From Carcharhinus longimanus (lineage: Eukaryota), in the NCBI GenBank assembly GCA_030264375.1, contig JASCQW010000139.1:28598692-28662691 (forward strand): DNA of 64,000 nt, read 5' to 3'. A model generated the notes under the pieces. The model was not told where the DNA came from and did no database searches. It saw only the letters and a list, made by a program, of their open reading frames with translations. The translations under genes were made by a program, and so were the position numbers. This document shows, in pieces, positions 12,241 to 24,390 of the stretch (position 1 is its first letter; the number at the start of each line of letters is the position of its first letter).

Positions 12241-13024
12241 GAACTTTATTCAAGTGGCAAGTCAGGGGCGGGGGGGTGTTGAGAATGTGACCAGCTTTCT
12301 CTCAGGATGTGAGCAAGCCAGTGAAATCTTTTAAGGAGTTCTTAACACTGTACTCTGAAGTAACTTTATTGTTTCAAAATGTCAGTTATTGCTAGGTTGG
12401 TGGCACTCTCATCTTAGAATGAGAAAGTTGTGGATTAAGTCCTACACCAGCACATGAGCACAAAAATCAAGGTTGACAGTTTGCTGTGTGCAAATTAGCT
12501 GCTATTTTTTCAACATTACAACATGCCTATGGGCAGAATCTTGGGCTTCCACCTGTGGCTTCCACCTGTGGCAAGCTTGGAGATAGAAAGGGCATGTACT
12601 TAGGTATCTGAATCTGGCCACCCTCTCACTTCCTTTCTAATTAAGTTCTGGATACAAAAGGCTCCTAGTCGATCTTTCCACCCCACCACCAACTGAGGTC
12701 TGTAAATGGCCAACTTAGGATCATTTAAGGGCCTCATCCTGATTTAACTGGGATGAACTTAGCCGTTACTGGGTCTGTTGCCCTGTACAATAGTTACTAC
12801 CTTGTGGGCAGCTTGTCCCCTTTGAGCTTACAAGATGTTTGGGTGTGACGACATTCCTGTGTAGCCTGCGCTGTAATGAGTAAAGCTGGGCAGCACAGTG
12901 ATTAGCCTCACAGCACCAAGTGAAGCTAGCTAATTATTCCTGGGATGGATCACTATCCTATTGCCAGGGGCTTACAATTCGAGGGGCACAACACCACATG
13001 AAACATAGCCACACTCACACACAA

Positions 13025-13228
13025 ACTAAGGGACTATTTAGCACGGCCAATCCACCTAACCCGTACATTTTTGAAGTGTGGGAGGAAACCGGAGCACTCA
13101 ACAAAAACTCATGCAGACACAGGGAGAACCTGCAAACTCCAGACAGACTGACACCCAAGGCCGAAATTGAAACCCGGCCCCTGGTGCTATGAGGCAGCAA
13201 TGCTAACCATTGTGTCATCATGCTGCCC
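13025..13228 (-). mobile_element. V-SINE/HE1 head and core
   Basis: ggggcagcatgatgacacaatggttagcattg..ggttaggtggattggccgtgctaaat. Confidence 0.85.
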
Positions 13229-13260
13229 CAAACTATCTCTACTTGGCTTGCCTCAAATTT

Positions 13261-13862
13261 ATCATAGGATCTCTACAGTGCAGAAGAAGCCCATTCAGCC
13301 CATCAAGTCTGCACTGACTATCTGACAGAGTGTCTTACCTAGTTCCTCACCCATGCCATACCCCTTTAAGCCCACACACGTACTACAGCTAATCCATCTA
13401 ACTTATACATCTTGGGGCACTAAGAGGCAACTTAGCATGGCCAATCCACCTAATCTGAACACCTTTGGACTGTGGGAGGAAATCGGAACGCGTGGAGGAA
13501 ACCCAGTCGGATACTAGTGAGAACATGCAAACGCCACACTGGATAGGATTTTCCCACCCGAGGTCAAGGGANNNNNNNNNNNNNNNNNNNNNNNNNNNNN
13601 NNNNNNNNNNNNNNNNNNNNNNNNNNNNNNNNNNNNNNNNNNNNNNNNNNNNNNNNNNNNNNNNNNNNNNNGAACATGCAAACGCCACACTGGATAGGAT
13701 TTTCCCACCCGAGGTCAAGGGATCTTTCCATGGTCTGCCCCTCACTTGATTCCTGTGCCGGGCAGAACGGAAAAATTTGCACCAGATAGTCAGTTACCTG
13801 AGGCTGGAATCAAATCTGGTACCTTGGCATTGTGAGGCAGCAATGCTAACCACTGTGCCACT
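13261..13862 (-). mobile_element. HE1 SINE interrupted by a short TIR element and a 100-N gap
   Basis: HER1-type tail at 13261, core to ~13539, insertion to ~13783, head 13784-13862. Confidence 0.85.
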
Positions 13863-14226
13863 GAGTGTTTATTCAGTGCAGTTAATTGATTGAAAGTGTA
13901 CTGCATTGCAGCTCAGGAAGTAAATCCCCAGGTAAACCAATTATTATGGAATGAACCTAATCAAAGAAATCCAATCAGCAATTTTACCCATTTAGGGATC
14001 ATTTTTATCCAGCCTACGCATCTTAAAATTGATGAGATTGGATCAACCCCCACTTACCCTCTGCTCCATTTCACTTTTGATCCAATCTTATGAATTTCCC
14101 TTCAGCTGGTTATGCTATTGCTGTCCCTTCAGTTCAAATTAGTTTTAAAATGTTATAATCAAAAATGTGTTACATATTTAGTTGGAAACGAGTGTGAATT
14201 GCTGAGAATTTCCAAGGGCTACTCCT

Positions 14227-14530
14227 GGGTGGTGGCATGGTGTCACGTTGGTTAGCACTGTTGCCTCACAGTGCCAGGGAACCAGGTTTGATTCCCAGCT
14301 TGGGCCACTGTCTGTATGGAGTTTACACATTCTCCCCGTGTCTGCGAGGGTTTCCTCCGGGTGTTCCGGTTTCCTCCTACAGCCTGAAAGACGTGCGGGT
14401 AGGTGCATTAACCAGGCTAAATTCTCCCTCCGTGTACCTAAACAAGCGCCAGAGTGACTAGGGGATTTTCACAGTAACTTCATTGCAGTGTTAATGTAAG
14501 CCCACTTGTGACACTGATAAATATACTTTA
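14227..14530 (+). mobile_element. HE1-like V-SINE, alternative tail
   Basis: Complete head, core and ggggattttcacagtaacttcattgcagtgttaatgtaagcc tail. Confidence 0.9.
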
Positions 14531-15448
14531 AACTTGATTTCTTGTTGGAACTTTGGCAGAACGTGTAAGGAAATAGTTAAAATTTGTCATTCATACAATT
14601 TCTCCAGTTAACTGCCAAAAGTTAATGCAAGAGATGGGAAGAAAAACCATCCTGATTGATCTACTGTAGCTTCTTGAACTGACAGAGGGGTAGAAATTGC
14701 TTAGTAGCAAGAGGTTGGGACAAAATCAGCTGAGCAAAAGGACTAGTTCCTGCACTGGAATAATTAGGCCTGAATCCCAAGTCAAATTTGGCTGTTTGCC
14801 TCCTTTAATTAAAACAATTTTAAAAATGGCCACACAAATTTAGAAATGGGACCAAAGCCAGTGCAGACTGGGCAAAATCCCTTTGTTTTTGGTATGCCTA
14901 ACCAGTATTTTACACATGAAAAGTGGACACAACGCATGCCAATTTCTGTGCCAACTTGTTTTTATACGCAGACATCTTGGAAAAGAGTAGATGTGCGACC
15001 ATTAACAAGTACAAGGCTGCTCTCAATTCGATTGAAGTGAGTCAACCGTGTGAGTTAACGCTTTGATCACAGTGTCATTAGATTGTGCCAATGGCCCAGA
15101 GAGACTGCATATTTTACAGTAGGCCTTTAGTGCTGTGTGTTTCTGTTGTCAGTCTTCAATTAGTTTATAAAGGTCCCATAGATTTCAGACGTCGTCAGTC
15201 ATCTTGTCTGCCTGGGTGCTCAATAAATTTGTGGCTCAACGGGGAAAGACCAGGCTGGAAATCCCATTGAAACCTCACTAACTGATTAAAAGCAAAACAC
15301 TGGATGTTGGAAATTTGACATAAAAACAGAATATGCACTGCTAAAGAGAAGACATGATGTGGAGATGCTGGCATTGGACTGGGGTAAATACAGTAATAAG
15401 TCTCACAACACCAGGTTAAAGTCCAATAGGTTTATTTGGTAGCACAAG

Positions 15449-15485
15449 CCACTCGCTTTCAGAACGCTGCTCCTTCATCAGGTGG
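15449..15485 (-). ncRNA. Minimal type I hammerhead ribozyme motif (U16.1 mutated, probably inactive)
   Basis: Minus strand reads CCAC-CTGATGA-aGGAGCagcGTTCT-GAAA-GC-GA-GTGG. Confidence 0.5.
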
Positions 15486-15690
15486 GTGGGAGATCTGTTC
15501 ACAAACAGGGCATAGAGATACAAACTCAATTTACAACATAATGGTTAGAATGCGAGTCCTTACAGGTAATCAAGTCTTAAAAGTACAGTATCTTTAAGAC
15601 TTGATTACCTATAAAGACTCACATTCCAACCATTATTTTGTAAATTGAGTTTATGTCTATATAGGCCCTGTTTGTGAACAGAACTCCCAC

Positions 15691-15727
15691 CCACCTGATG
15701 AAGGGGCAGCGCTCTGAAAGCTTGTGG
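15691..15727 (+). ncRNA. Minimal type I hammerhead ribozyme motif
   Basis: CCAC-CTGATGA-aGGGGCagcGCTCT-GAAA-GC-TT-GTGG: stem I CCAC/GTGG, stem II, palindromic AAGCTT in place of stem III. Confidence 0.6.
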
Positions 15728-15984
15728 CTTGTGCTACCAAATAAACCTATTGGACTTTAACCTGGTGTTGTGTGACTTCTTTCTGTGAAGAGAAGTTACA
15801 CAGACTAGTGATGTTAGCTCTGTTTCTGTCTCCACACTTGCTGTAAGAAGTCTGACAAAACCAGATTCAAGTCCAACCGATTTATTCGATAGTAAACTCA
15901 CCGGCAACCAACGTAAACCAACGCTGGCATCTCCACATCCACACTTGCTGCCAGACTCTGTTCTGAAGAAGAGATCGAAACATT

Positions 15985-16451
15985 TGCTGGGATTTTCCTT
16001 GGGCACAAATGGCGAATGGGGTGCAAAATCCAACGAGAAACCAGAAATGAGAATCTCGCTGATGAGATCTCGTGATGCAATTGTCCCCACCCCAGTCAGC
16101 AATGACACAATGAGGTTCCCAGAGGTAGTTTGAGAACCTCAGTTAAATACAATTAAATGTCATTATCGGGTATTCCCCGCAGTATCATCCCCCCACTTTA
16201 GGATTTCCTGTCAGCNNNNNNNNNNNNNNNNNNNNNNNNNNNNNNNNNNNNNNNNNNNNNNNNNNNNNNNNNNNNNNNNNNNNNNNNNNNNNNNNNNNNN
16301 NNNNNNNNNNNNNNNCCAACATTGCTGGCAGGGGGCACTCTACATGGGATGCGCCTCGAGCATATTTTTTCTAAACTGTGCAGCCAGCATGCTACACATC
16401 GCTTTTCTCATCCAAGCCAGCACATAGAAAGAAAGAACAGAAAATTCTGTC
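15985..16451. mobile_element. Harbinger-like TIR element inserted in a Penelope-type repeat (contains gap)
   Basis: Ends tgctgggattttc / gaaaattctgtc; the host repeat resumes at cattaactctgtttctctc after the insertion. Confidence 0.55.
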
Positions 16452-16607
16452 CATTAACTCTGTTTCTCTCTGCACAGATGCTGCTAGACCTGCTGAGTTT
16501 ATCTCCAGTACACTTTATGTCCAGTACCATTATCTGTTGAATTTTATGCCTATTTTTGTTGTCACACAATTATTACATGTCTGCACATTTTTAACCAAAT
16601 TACTTAT

Positions 16608-17536
16608 AGGGGTGATTATCCAGCCCTGTTAAACCCAGATGCAGCAGCCTCTCAGGACGTGCCTCCCCCTCCCCACAATGGGACATCAACCAGCCGCCAA
16701 TCACGACAGGTCTCTAAAAGTAGGGACCAGGCGCCATGGGCTCTGAGGGGGAGCAAGAAAGTAAGTACCACTTTCCACTTATCTCCAAGATTCCCAAGAG
16801 CAAACATCTGCTGCCAAGGTGCAGAAAGGCCTCCTTTAGGGGATTAGGATCTGGATGGGGGGAACTCGGGCTTGCTGGAGGGTTCAGGTTGGGGCTCTCC
16901 CCCGGGATTGGGGGGGGGGGCGGTGGTGAGGCGGTCATGTGGCTAATCCTCCCTCTGTTGCTTTTAAAAGCTTTGAACTATTTCTCAGCATGTCAATTTC
17001 AAAGAGGTCTGAGGTTGCAGGGGCCAGTCTTCTCCCTGATGCTTTTAAAAGCTTTGAAGTGCTTTGCTATTATTCCATTTCACACCCCATCAACCTTTAC
17101 AGCCTGCTTTAGCGAGGAAGGGGTAGTGTCTGTAGCACTATTCTGAAATCAGGGCGCCATTTTAAAAGAGTGCCCCAATCTCTGAGGAGCCAGGCTTGCC
17201 GACAATTTGAAGTCCCACACATCTCGTTCACTGTACAAAGAACAAACAACAGTACAGCACAGGAACAGGCCCTTCGGCCCTCCAAGCCCGTGCCGCTCAT
17301 GCGCCCAACTAGACCATTCGTTTATATCCCTCTATTCCCAGTCTGTTCATGTGACTATCTAGATAAGTCTTAAACGATCCCAGAGTCTCCGCTCAACCAC
17401 AAATCACCCCAGGCTCCAAAAACGTCTGAGTGCAGGTGGATTGTTATCGGGATCATCCCAGCCCACCCAGCAGGAATCGCATTGTGTTTCCCGCCAGAGA
17501 TCACACTTCGAAACCTCTCGGGAGAATTGCACCCTC
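16608..17536. mobile_element. Harbinger-like non-autonomous TIR element with a nested CR1 3' end (17228-17400, minus)
   Basis: Ends ggggtgattatcc / ggagaattgcaccc; nested aacaaacaacagtacagcacaggaacaggcccttcggccc is a CR1 3' terminus. Confidence 0.55.
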
Positions 17537-18110
17537 AGTCTTTTCCTGATTTAAGTTAGACTGAAATTCAGCCTTCAGGCAGCAAGCATATTTCTTGAAT
17601 AAAATACCATTTAATTTTTTTTTTGCTTCACTGCCCTCACTGAGTGCCACGTACAATAATGAAAGATAGATTGAATTTCATGGAATATCAAATCTGAACT
17701 ATTATGTAATGTACTTTTACAAATTTTATGAACACTTTGGGGGAAGAAAGCCTCTTTGGATAAGGTACTGCCATCAAAGCTGCAAACACTCTATTCTGTA
17801 CTTCACTAAGCAGTCAAATTGTTTTATTCCAAAAATATTTGTTTTTCTCAAGGCAAAGATTGTTTCAAATGATGCCATCTAATGAGGAGGAACAGTTGTC
17901 TCATTAACACAGCTCGAATTGCCTCTCGGTTGCCATTTCAGAACCAAATTCAAGAGGCTATGTTTTCCTCCACTATCTCCAAATTTGGGATGGGATCACA
18001 TGGGAAAATCTAGCCCAATATCTCAGTTGCTTTCCTGATTTCTAAATAACTCTAATATGAGTCAGTTGATTTAATTGTTTGGTTTGTCACAAAAAAAAAT
18101 TGTCCACAAA

Positions 18111-18417
18111 AGGCGGCACGGTAGCACAGTGGTTAGCACTGCTGCTTCACAGCGCCAAGGACCTGGGTTCAATTCCTGGCTTGGGTCACTTTCTGTGTGG
18201 ATTTTGCACTTTTTCCCCATGTCTGCATGGGTTTCCTCCGGGTGCTCCGGTTTCCTCCCACAGTCCAAAGATATCCGGGTTAGGTTAGTTGGCCAAGCTG
18301 AATTAACCCTAGTGTCACAGGATTAAGCAGGGTACATGGGTGGGGTTACGGGAATGGGCCTGGCTGGGATTGTGGTTGATGCAGATTCGATGGGCTGTAG
18401 GGATTCTATGATTTTAT
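18111..18417 (+). mobile_element. HE1 SINE, HER1-type tail
   Basis: ggcggcacggtagcacagtggttagcac..gtagggattctatgatt. Confidence 0.9.
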
Positions 18418-18597
18418 GGAGGTAACATTAACCACCTTCTAAGACATGAGGCAGTGTGATATTCCTCTGTGCTACCCGGTAGCAATAATGGGTTCATTGT
18501 TCACCTGTGACATGCTATCGACGATCAATCCTTAAGGTCTCGGAGAGTGAGTGCTCTCCCGTGACCACCTGAGGGCTACAATATCCTCTGGCCCCTC

Positions 18598-18905
18598 TGG
18601 CGGCATGGTGGCAGAGTGATTAGCACTGCTGTCTCACAGGGCCAGGGACCTGGGTTTGATTCCCTGCTTGAATCACTGTGTGTGGAGTTTGCATGTTCTC
18701 TGTGTCTTTGTGGGTTTCTTCTGGATTTCCTGCCACAGTCCAAAGATGTGCGGGTTAGGTTGACTGGCCAGTGCTAACTTACCCCTTCGCATCAGGGGGA
18801 CTAGCAGGGTAAATACATGAAGCTAAGGGGCTAGGGCCTGGGTGGAATTGTTGGTGTAAGTTCGATGGGTCTAATGCCCTCCGTCAGCACTGTAGGGATT
18901 CCATG
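18598..18905 (+). mobile_element. HE1 SINE, HER1-type tail
   Basis: Full head, core and gcactgtagggattccatga tail. Confidence 0.9.
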
Positions 18906-19759
18906 AAAAGATACTTGGTTGTGTTAAACATGAAGGGAATATTTCTAGCTTGGACTCAAATTGTGATGATAGCAACTACAGCACTAAGGAAGTCATAGGT
19001 CCATTACCCAACAGTCAAGCCATGAAAGAATTTAGTGACTTCACAACACTTACACTACAGGCATAGACTAATTATTCTAGAAGATTTAAGAAAAGTGTAT
19101 CTGCATCACAGTAATCTTTTCAACAACATTAATCTCGTGCCAAGAAGCAAAAATCCCTGCATATCCACATATTGTATTTAATAAAGATCTCCTATCAGAA
19201 TTACACTGCCAGAAACATCAGAGGATTCTGTGCAAATCTGAATTAATCTTTATGGTGACAAACATGACCTATGTAGCATTTCAATTACAACATTCTAAGA
19301 CTGATGCAATAAGACGTGGAATGGAGCAGAAGATATCACTTCATTTTATACAATTCTCACAGCCCTCCTGAACAGGACGAAGAATATCTTAGCTAAATAA
19401 ATTCAAAGATAGTGGCAACGTATGATATTTCAAAAAAAAGTTATAATCATTTTCTAAAGCATCCATCTTCCAATATCTAAAATCTTAATAACATTCAAAT
19501 GGGATGCATGATGCGACAATAATCTTTCATTAAATTAAACGAATAATTCCTGTCTTTCAATGTTCCCCTGATGTAAATGTAGGTCACTTCATTCTCTCCA
19601 GTGTATTTCTTAATTACTTATTTTTAAAATAAGATTGGACCACAATGGGACTCTTGGGGATAATGCGAGATTGGGTTTGTAATATGTTTCTGTATCCATT
19701 GTACTCTGAAAGAGATGTCTTATACTGTGGGAGAGTTTCACAGAAATAGTACCTTTTAT

Positions 19760-20170
19760 TTATTAACTTATGGGATATGGCCATTGCAGGCTAGGCTAGC
19801 ACTTATTGCCCATCTCTTGTTGCCCTTCAGAAGGTGGTGATGAGCTGTCTTCTTGAGCCAATTCAGTCCCTGAGGTGTACGAACACTCAGTGCTATTTCA
19901 GAGGGAATGCCAAGATCGCGACTCAGTGGCAATGAAGGAATAGCAATATACTTTCAAGTCAGGATGATGAATAACTTGGAGGGCAATCTCCAGGTGGTAG
20001 TGTTCCCACATACGTACTGCTCTTGTCCTTCTAAATGGTAGAGGATATGGTTTTGGAAGATGTTGCCTGAGGAATCTTGGTGCGTTGCATCTTACAGATG
20101 GTACACATGACTACCACTGTTCATGAGTAGTGGAGGGACTGAATGTTTGTGGAAGGGGTTACAAGTGATC
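19760..20170 (-). mobile_element. CR1-clade LINE 3' fragment (family of 30060-31760)
   Basis: ttattgcccatctcttgttgcccttcagaaggtggtgatgagctg.. matches the 3' end of the other copies. Confidence 0.8.
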
Positions 20171-21607
20171 AGTTGTGCAAAGCCAGTGTCCAACTATTGA
20201 AGGTCACGTGCGTGTTTTGTAGAGAACTACAGCTATCTCTCCATGTAACAGTGGATTGGAAATATGAGGGTTCCTCCATTCCTATTTCACTGCTGCTTCA
20301 CAATGTGTTGGCACAGCTTTGCTGAAGCTTTTATAATGATGTTGGTGCACTCCAAAAACAATTAGTGTAAAACTAAAGGCCATATTTTCATTTGCAAATA
20401 AAGTGTTGACTACTCTTACGAACATTAATTATAATGGGCCTAAATGCCAGTGGCAGGTGCAGATAGTTTCAGCAATATGAATCTATTATTGCAGACAAAA
20501 GAAAACTGGTCAATCAAAATGCACCTATAATAACTGTCCTTTCACACTTCTCAAGCAGCCAAATTGCCACTTGATAAGTAAAGCTGGCTGTAGGCCACAG
20601 TAGAATTTTCCCACAATTGTTGCATGAAATATTTAAAAAAAAAACAGATTAACCACAAGCCTCAGTGTTTATAAAAAAAAAGAATTAGAGGCTCAAGATC
20701 CCTGTAAAGAAAGAGAAATCTATACCTTGGGCAGGAGGTTACATTGCACTTGTCAAAACCTGCAGACTCCAAAGATCCTGTGATGCACAAGCCACACTCG
20801 TTTAATAACTTTTAAGTCTACAGTGGCAAATGTCATGATTTCATTATATAATGATTAATGGCACTGGGATTCTTAAATGGCTATATTGTAGAACAGATTC
20901 CAGCAGTTAAGTTACAAGAAGATTAAACGTTACAAGGTGATTGGAAATTAATTTTCAAATTAAATCTGACCAAAGCTCCCATGGAATTGCAGGAGAGACA
21001 TTTTATTTGACTGGATTTCCGTATGTAATGTATGGGAATACAATGTCGGGTGGGCTGAATTCCCTCTGGTGGCTGTGGGTTCAAGCCCCATTTCAGAATT
21101 TGAGCGCACAATCTAGACTGATACTTCACATTAATATTGCAGCAAAGTCCATTGACACAGGAGCCTGAGCTGCTCACCTACGCCTCTATCTGCCTTCCCA
21201 ATTGGCTATTAAAGGTCCAGAGCTATTATTTGAAGGATTTCAGTGGAGCTCTCCAACGCCATCAGAAACAGATGATCCTGGTTATCTTCCGGTTAGACAT
21301 TTCACAGTCTCCTGGACTCAACACTGAGTTCAGCAATTTCAAATCACGAACTCAGTCTCACATTTTAATTTTTGTTTTTCTTTGCCATGTCATTTTCTCA
21401 CCTTCTTGTTTTTTTAGACAGATCTGTTTGTTATGGTGCTATTCACACTCTGGACAAATGCTTTGGTCAGGATTTTTCAGCCTCATTTGCAGCAGTGTTG
21501 AATTGAGATTAATGGTCATTCACATGTTTGCAATGTTCCCCCCACTGTCCCTTTATAAAACAGACATTCCGACAGGCTCATGTGGAAAATATAGGGAGGA
21601 GGACAAA

Positions 21608-21955
21608 AATTTTTTTTTTTCATTCATTCATGGGGCATGGCCATCACTGGCTCATCAATATTTATTGCCCATCTCTAGTTGCCCAAGTGCAGTTGAGTGT
21701 CAACCACATTGCTGTGGCTCTGGAGTCACATATAGACCAGACCAGGTAAAAACAGCAGATTTCCTTCCCTAAAGGGCATTAGTGAACCAGAATGAGTTTT
21801 TCCAACAATCGACAGATTTTTAATTCCAGGTTTTTTTTTATTGAATTCAAATTCGACAATCTGCTGCATTGGGATTCGAACCCAGTCCCCAGAACATTAG
21901 TTGAGTTTTTGGATTAATAGTCTACCTATAATGTCACAAGGCCATTGCCTCCCCT
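21608..21955 (-). mobile_element. tRNA-derived SINE (family of 4126-4478)
   Basis: Reverse complement of the head/core/tail seen at 4126. Confidence 0.85.
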
Positions 21956-22349
21956 TGCTGTTGTAAAACCAGTTTGCAATCGTCCGCTCCACCCATCAAT
22001 GGTGGGCCTCATTTACTGCTTCAGCACATCGGGAATGTCACTTCAATATATTTGCATCTTATTATAAGAACTGGAATCATTCCCCATGCTGGATTGTCCA
22101 GGTAATTTAATGTTCAATTAGAACAACTTGTTTCACAATGGTAAATAAGTGATGTGCTGATGTGCACTTCACTCACGACTTTGAGGCTCATTCACACGCC
22201 TTGCATCATGCAGCGCTCATTGGATTTGGTTCCAGGCAGCACTAAGTCCCCTACAGGAGATTGGCACAGGCTACCAGCCAGACTGGTGGCAAGGCAGTTA
22301 TGGCCTTTCAGGAGTTGCAGGGTTAAGGTTATCCTGGGCAAGCGAGCCT

Positions 22350-22465
22350 CAGTAAGAAGTCTCACCACACCAGGTTAAAGTCCAACAAGTTTATTTGATA
22401 GTAAACCCACAAGATGAGTGGAAAGTTTTGATCAGGACATATAAAGGTGCACACAGTTTACAGAA
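22350..22465 (-). mobile_element. Penelope-like terminal repeat fragment next to a gap
   Basis: cagtaagaagtctcaccacaccaggttaaagtccaacaagtttattt matches the arm of 15391-15440. Confidence 0.7.
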
Positions 22466-23002
22466 NNNNNNNNNNNNNNNNNNNNNNNNNNNNNNNNNNN
22501 NNNNNNNNNNNNNNNNNNNNNNNNNNNNNNNNNNNNNNNNNNNNNNNNNNNNNNNNNNNNNNNNNNNNNNNNNNNNNNNNNNNNNNNNNNNNNNNNNNNN
22601 NNNNNNNNNNNNNNNNNNNNNNNNNNNNNNNNNNNNNNNNNNNNNNNNNNNNNNNNNNNNNNNNNNNNNNNNNNNNNNNNNNNNNNNNNNNNNNNNNNNN
22701 NNNNNNNNNNNNNNNNNNNNNNNNNNNNNNNNNNNNNNNNNNNNNNNNNNNNNNNNNNNNNNNNNNNNNNNNNNNNNNNNNNNNNNNNNNNNNNNNNNNN
22801 NNNNNNNNNNNNNNNNNNNNNNNNNNNNNNNNNNNNNNNNNNNNNNNNNNNNNNNNNNNNNNNNNNNNNNNNNNNNNNNNNNNNNNNNNNNNNNNNNNNN
22901 NNNNNNNNNNNNNNNNNNNNNNNNNNNNNNNNNNNNNNNNNNNNNNNNNNNNNNNNNNNNNNNNNNNNNNNNNNNNNNNNNNNNNNNNNNNNNNNNNNNN
23001 NT

Positions 23003-23760
23003 AGGTTCAACCCATTTCTCACACCACTGCTTTCACCTCTTACCCTCCCCTCCAGAACCATGACAGAATCCTCCTTGTCCTCACTTCCACCCATCAGCCT
23101 CCGCATTCCAGGGATTATCCTTTTCCATTTTCGCCAACTCCAGGCACAATGCCACCACGAAACACATTTTCCCCTCACCCACCCTGTCAGCATTCTGCAG
23201 GGACCACCCTCTCCATGACACCCTATTCCACTCTTCCATCATCACCCAACTCCCCAACCCTTTCCCGTGGCACCCTCCTTTGCAACCACAGAAGATGAAA
23301 CACCTGCCCTTTTACCTCCTCCTCCCTAACCATTCAAGGCCCTAAACACTCCTTTTGGGTTAAGCAGCATTTCACTTGCACCCCCCTCAATTTGGTTTAT
23401 TGTATTTATTACTTTCAATGCGGTCTCCTCTACAATGGGGAGACTAAATGACACTTTGCGAAACACTTCCGCTCGGTCCGCCATCATGATCTCAACTTTC
23501 CTGTTGCTTGCTATTTTAACTCAACATCTTGCTGTCCTGCCCACATGTCTGTTCTTGGCCTACTGCAATGTGCTAGTGAAGCCCAACACAGATTGAAGGA
23601 GCAACATTTCATCTTGCTGTTTAGGCAAGCTGCAGCTCTCAGGACCCAATGAGTTCAACAACTTTAGACCGCAACCATTCTCCTCCATCTTAACTCCTTT
23701 TATTATCCCAAACATTTTTTGTCTCAGTGCATAAACCTTCCCTTCCCCCCTCTCCCACCC
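23003..23760 (+). pseudogene. Penelope-like element ORF 3' end, GIY-YIG endonuclease (decayed)
   Basis: Translates to IQGPKHSFWVKQHFTCTPLNLVYCIYYFQCGLLYNGETK..KHFRSVR..PVACYFNS..HMSVLGLLQC..EAQHRLKEQHFI..G..NEFNNFR, with stops and frameshifts. Confidence 0.85.
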
Positions 23761-23774
23761 GGCTATCTGGCCTT

Positions 23775-24390
23775 TTTTTCATTCATTCATGGAACATGGC
23801 TGGCCAGCATTTATTGCCCATCCCTCATTGCCCTTGAGAAGGTGGTGGTGAGCTGCCTTCTTGAATTGCTGCAGTCCATGTTCTGTGGGCTGACCCACAA
23901 CACCGTTAGGGAGGGAATTCCAGGATTTTGACCCAGCGACTGCGAAGGAACGGTGATATATTTCCAAGTCAGNNNNNNNNNNATGTATCTGCTGGCATTG
24001 TCCTGCGAGATGGAAATGCTTGTGGGTTTGGAAGGTGCTGTCTAAGGATCTTTGGTGAATTACTGCAGTGCATCTTGTAGGTAGTACACACTGCTGCTAC
24101 TGAGCACCTGTGGCGGAGGGAGTGGGTGTTTGTGGATATGGTGCCATTTAAACAGGCTGCTTCTTGAGTAAAGCTTCTTGAGTGTTGCTGGAACTCTATG
24201 CATCCAGACAAGTGAGGAGTATTCCTTCGCATGCCTGACTTGTGTGTTTCACATGGTGGATAGGTTTTAGGGAGTCAGAAGGTGAGTTACTCGCTGCAGT
24301 ATTCCTATCCCCCATTGTGTTTATGTGGTGAGTCCAGTTGAGTTTCTGGTCAATCGTAACAGAGGATTTTGACAGGGGGGGATTCAATGA
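23775..24390 (-). mobile_element. CR1-clade LINE 3' fragment
   Basis: Same 3' UTR as 19760 and 45205; remnants VTIDQKLNWTHHINT and TYKMHCSNSPKILRQHLPNP. Confidence 0.85.

Larger units (their letters stand above)
15356..15940. mobile_element. Palindromic Penelope-like terminal-repeat element
   Basis: Ends gatgtggagatgctggcattgg / ccaacgctggcatctccacatc are inverted; inner arms 15391-15581 and 15593-15786 are near-perfect reverse complements. Confidence 0.8.

Noticed and set aside
13521-13722. Direct duplication of ~50 bp either side of a 100-N gap
   Set aside because: Identical sequence flanking a fixed-length gap indicates overlapping contig ends, an assembly artefact.
21137-21772. Longest gap-free ORF (211 aa)
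   Set aside because: Runs across a DeuSINE-like fragment, AT-rich filler and an antisense SINE; no ATG start and no domain-like content.
22395-23193. Long ORFs in the ORF track
   Set aside because: Artefacts of reading through N runs (the same applies to 47484-47982).
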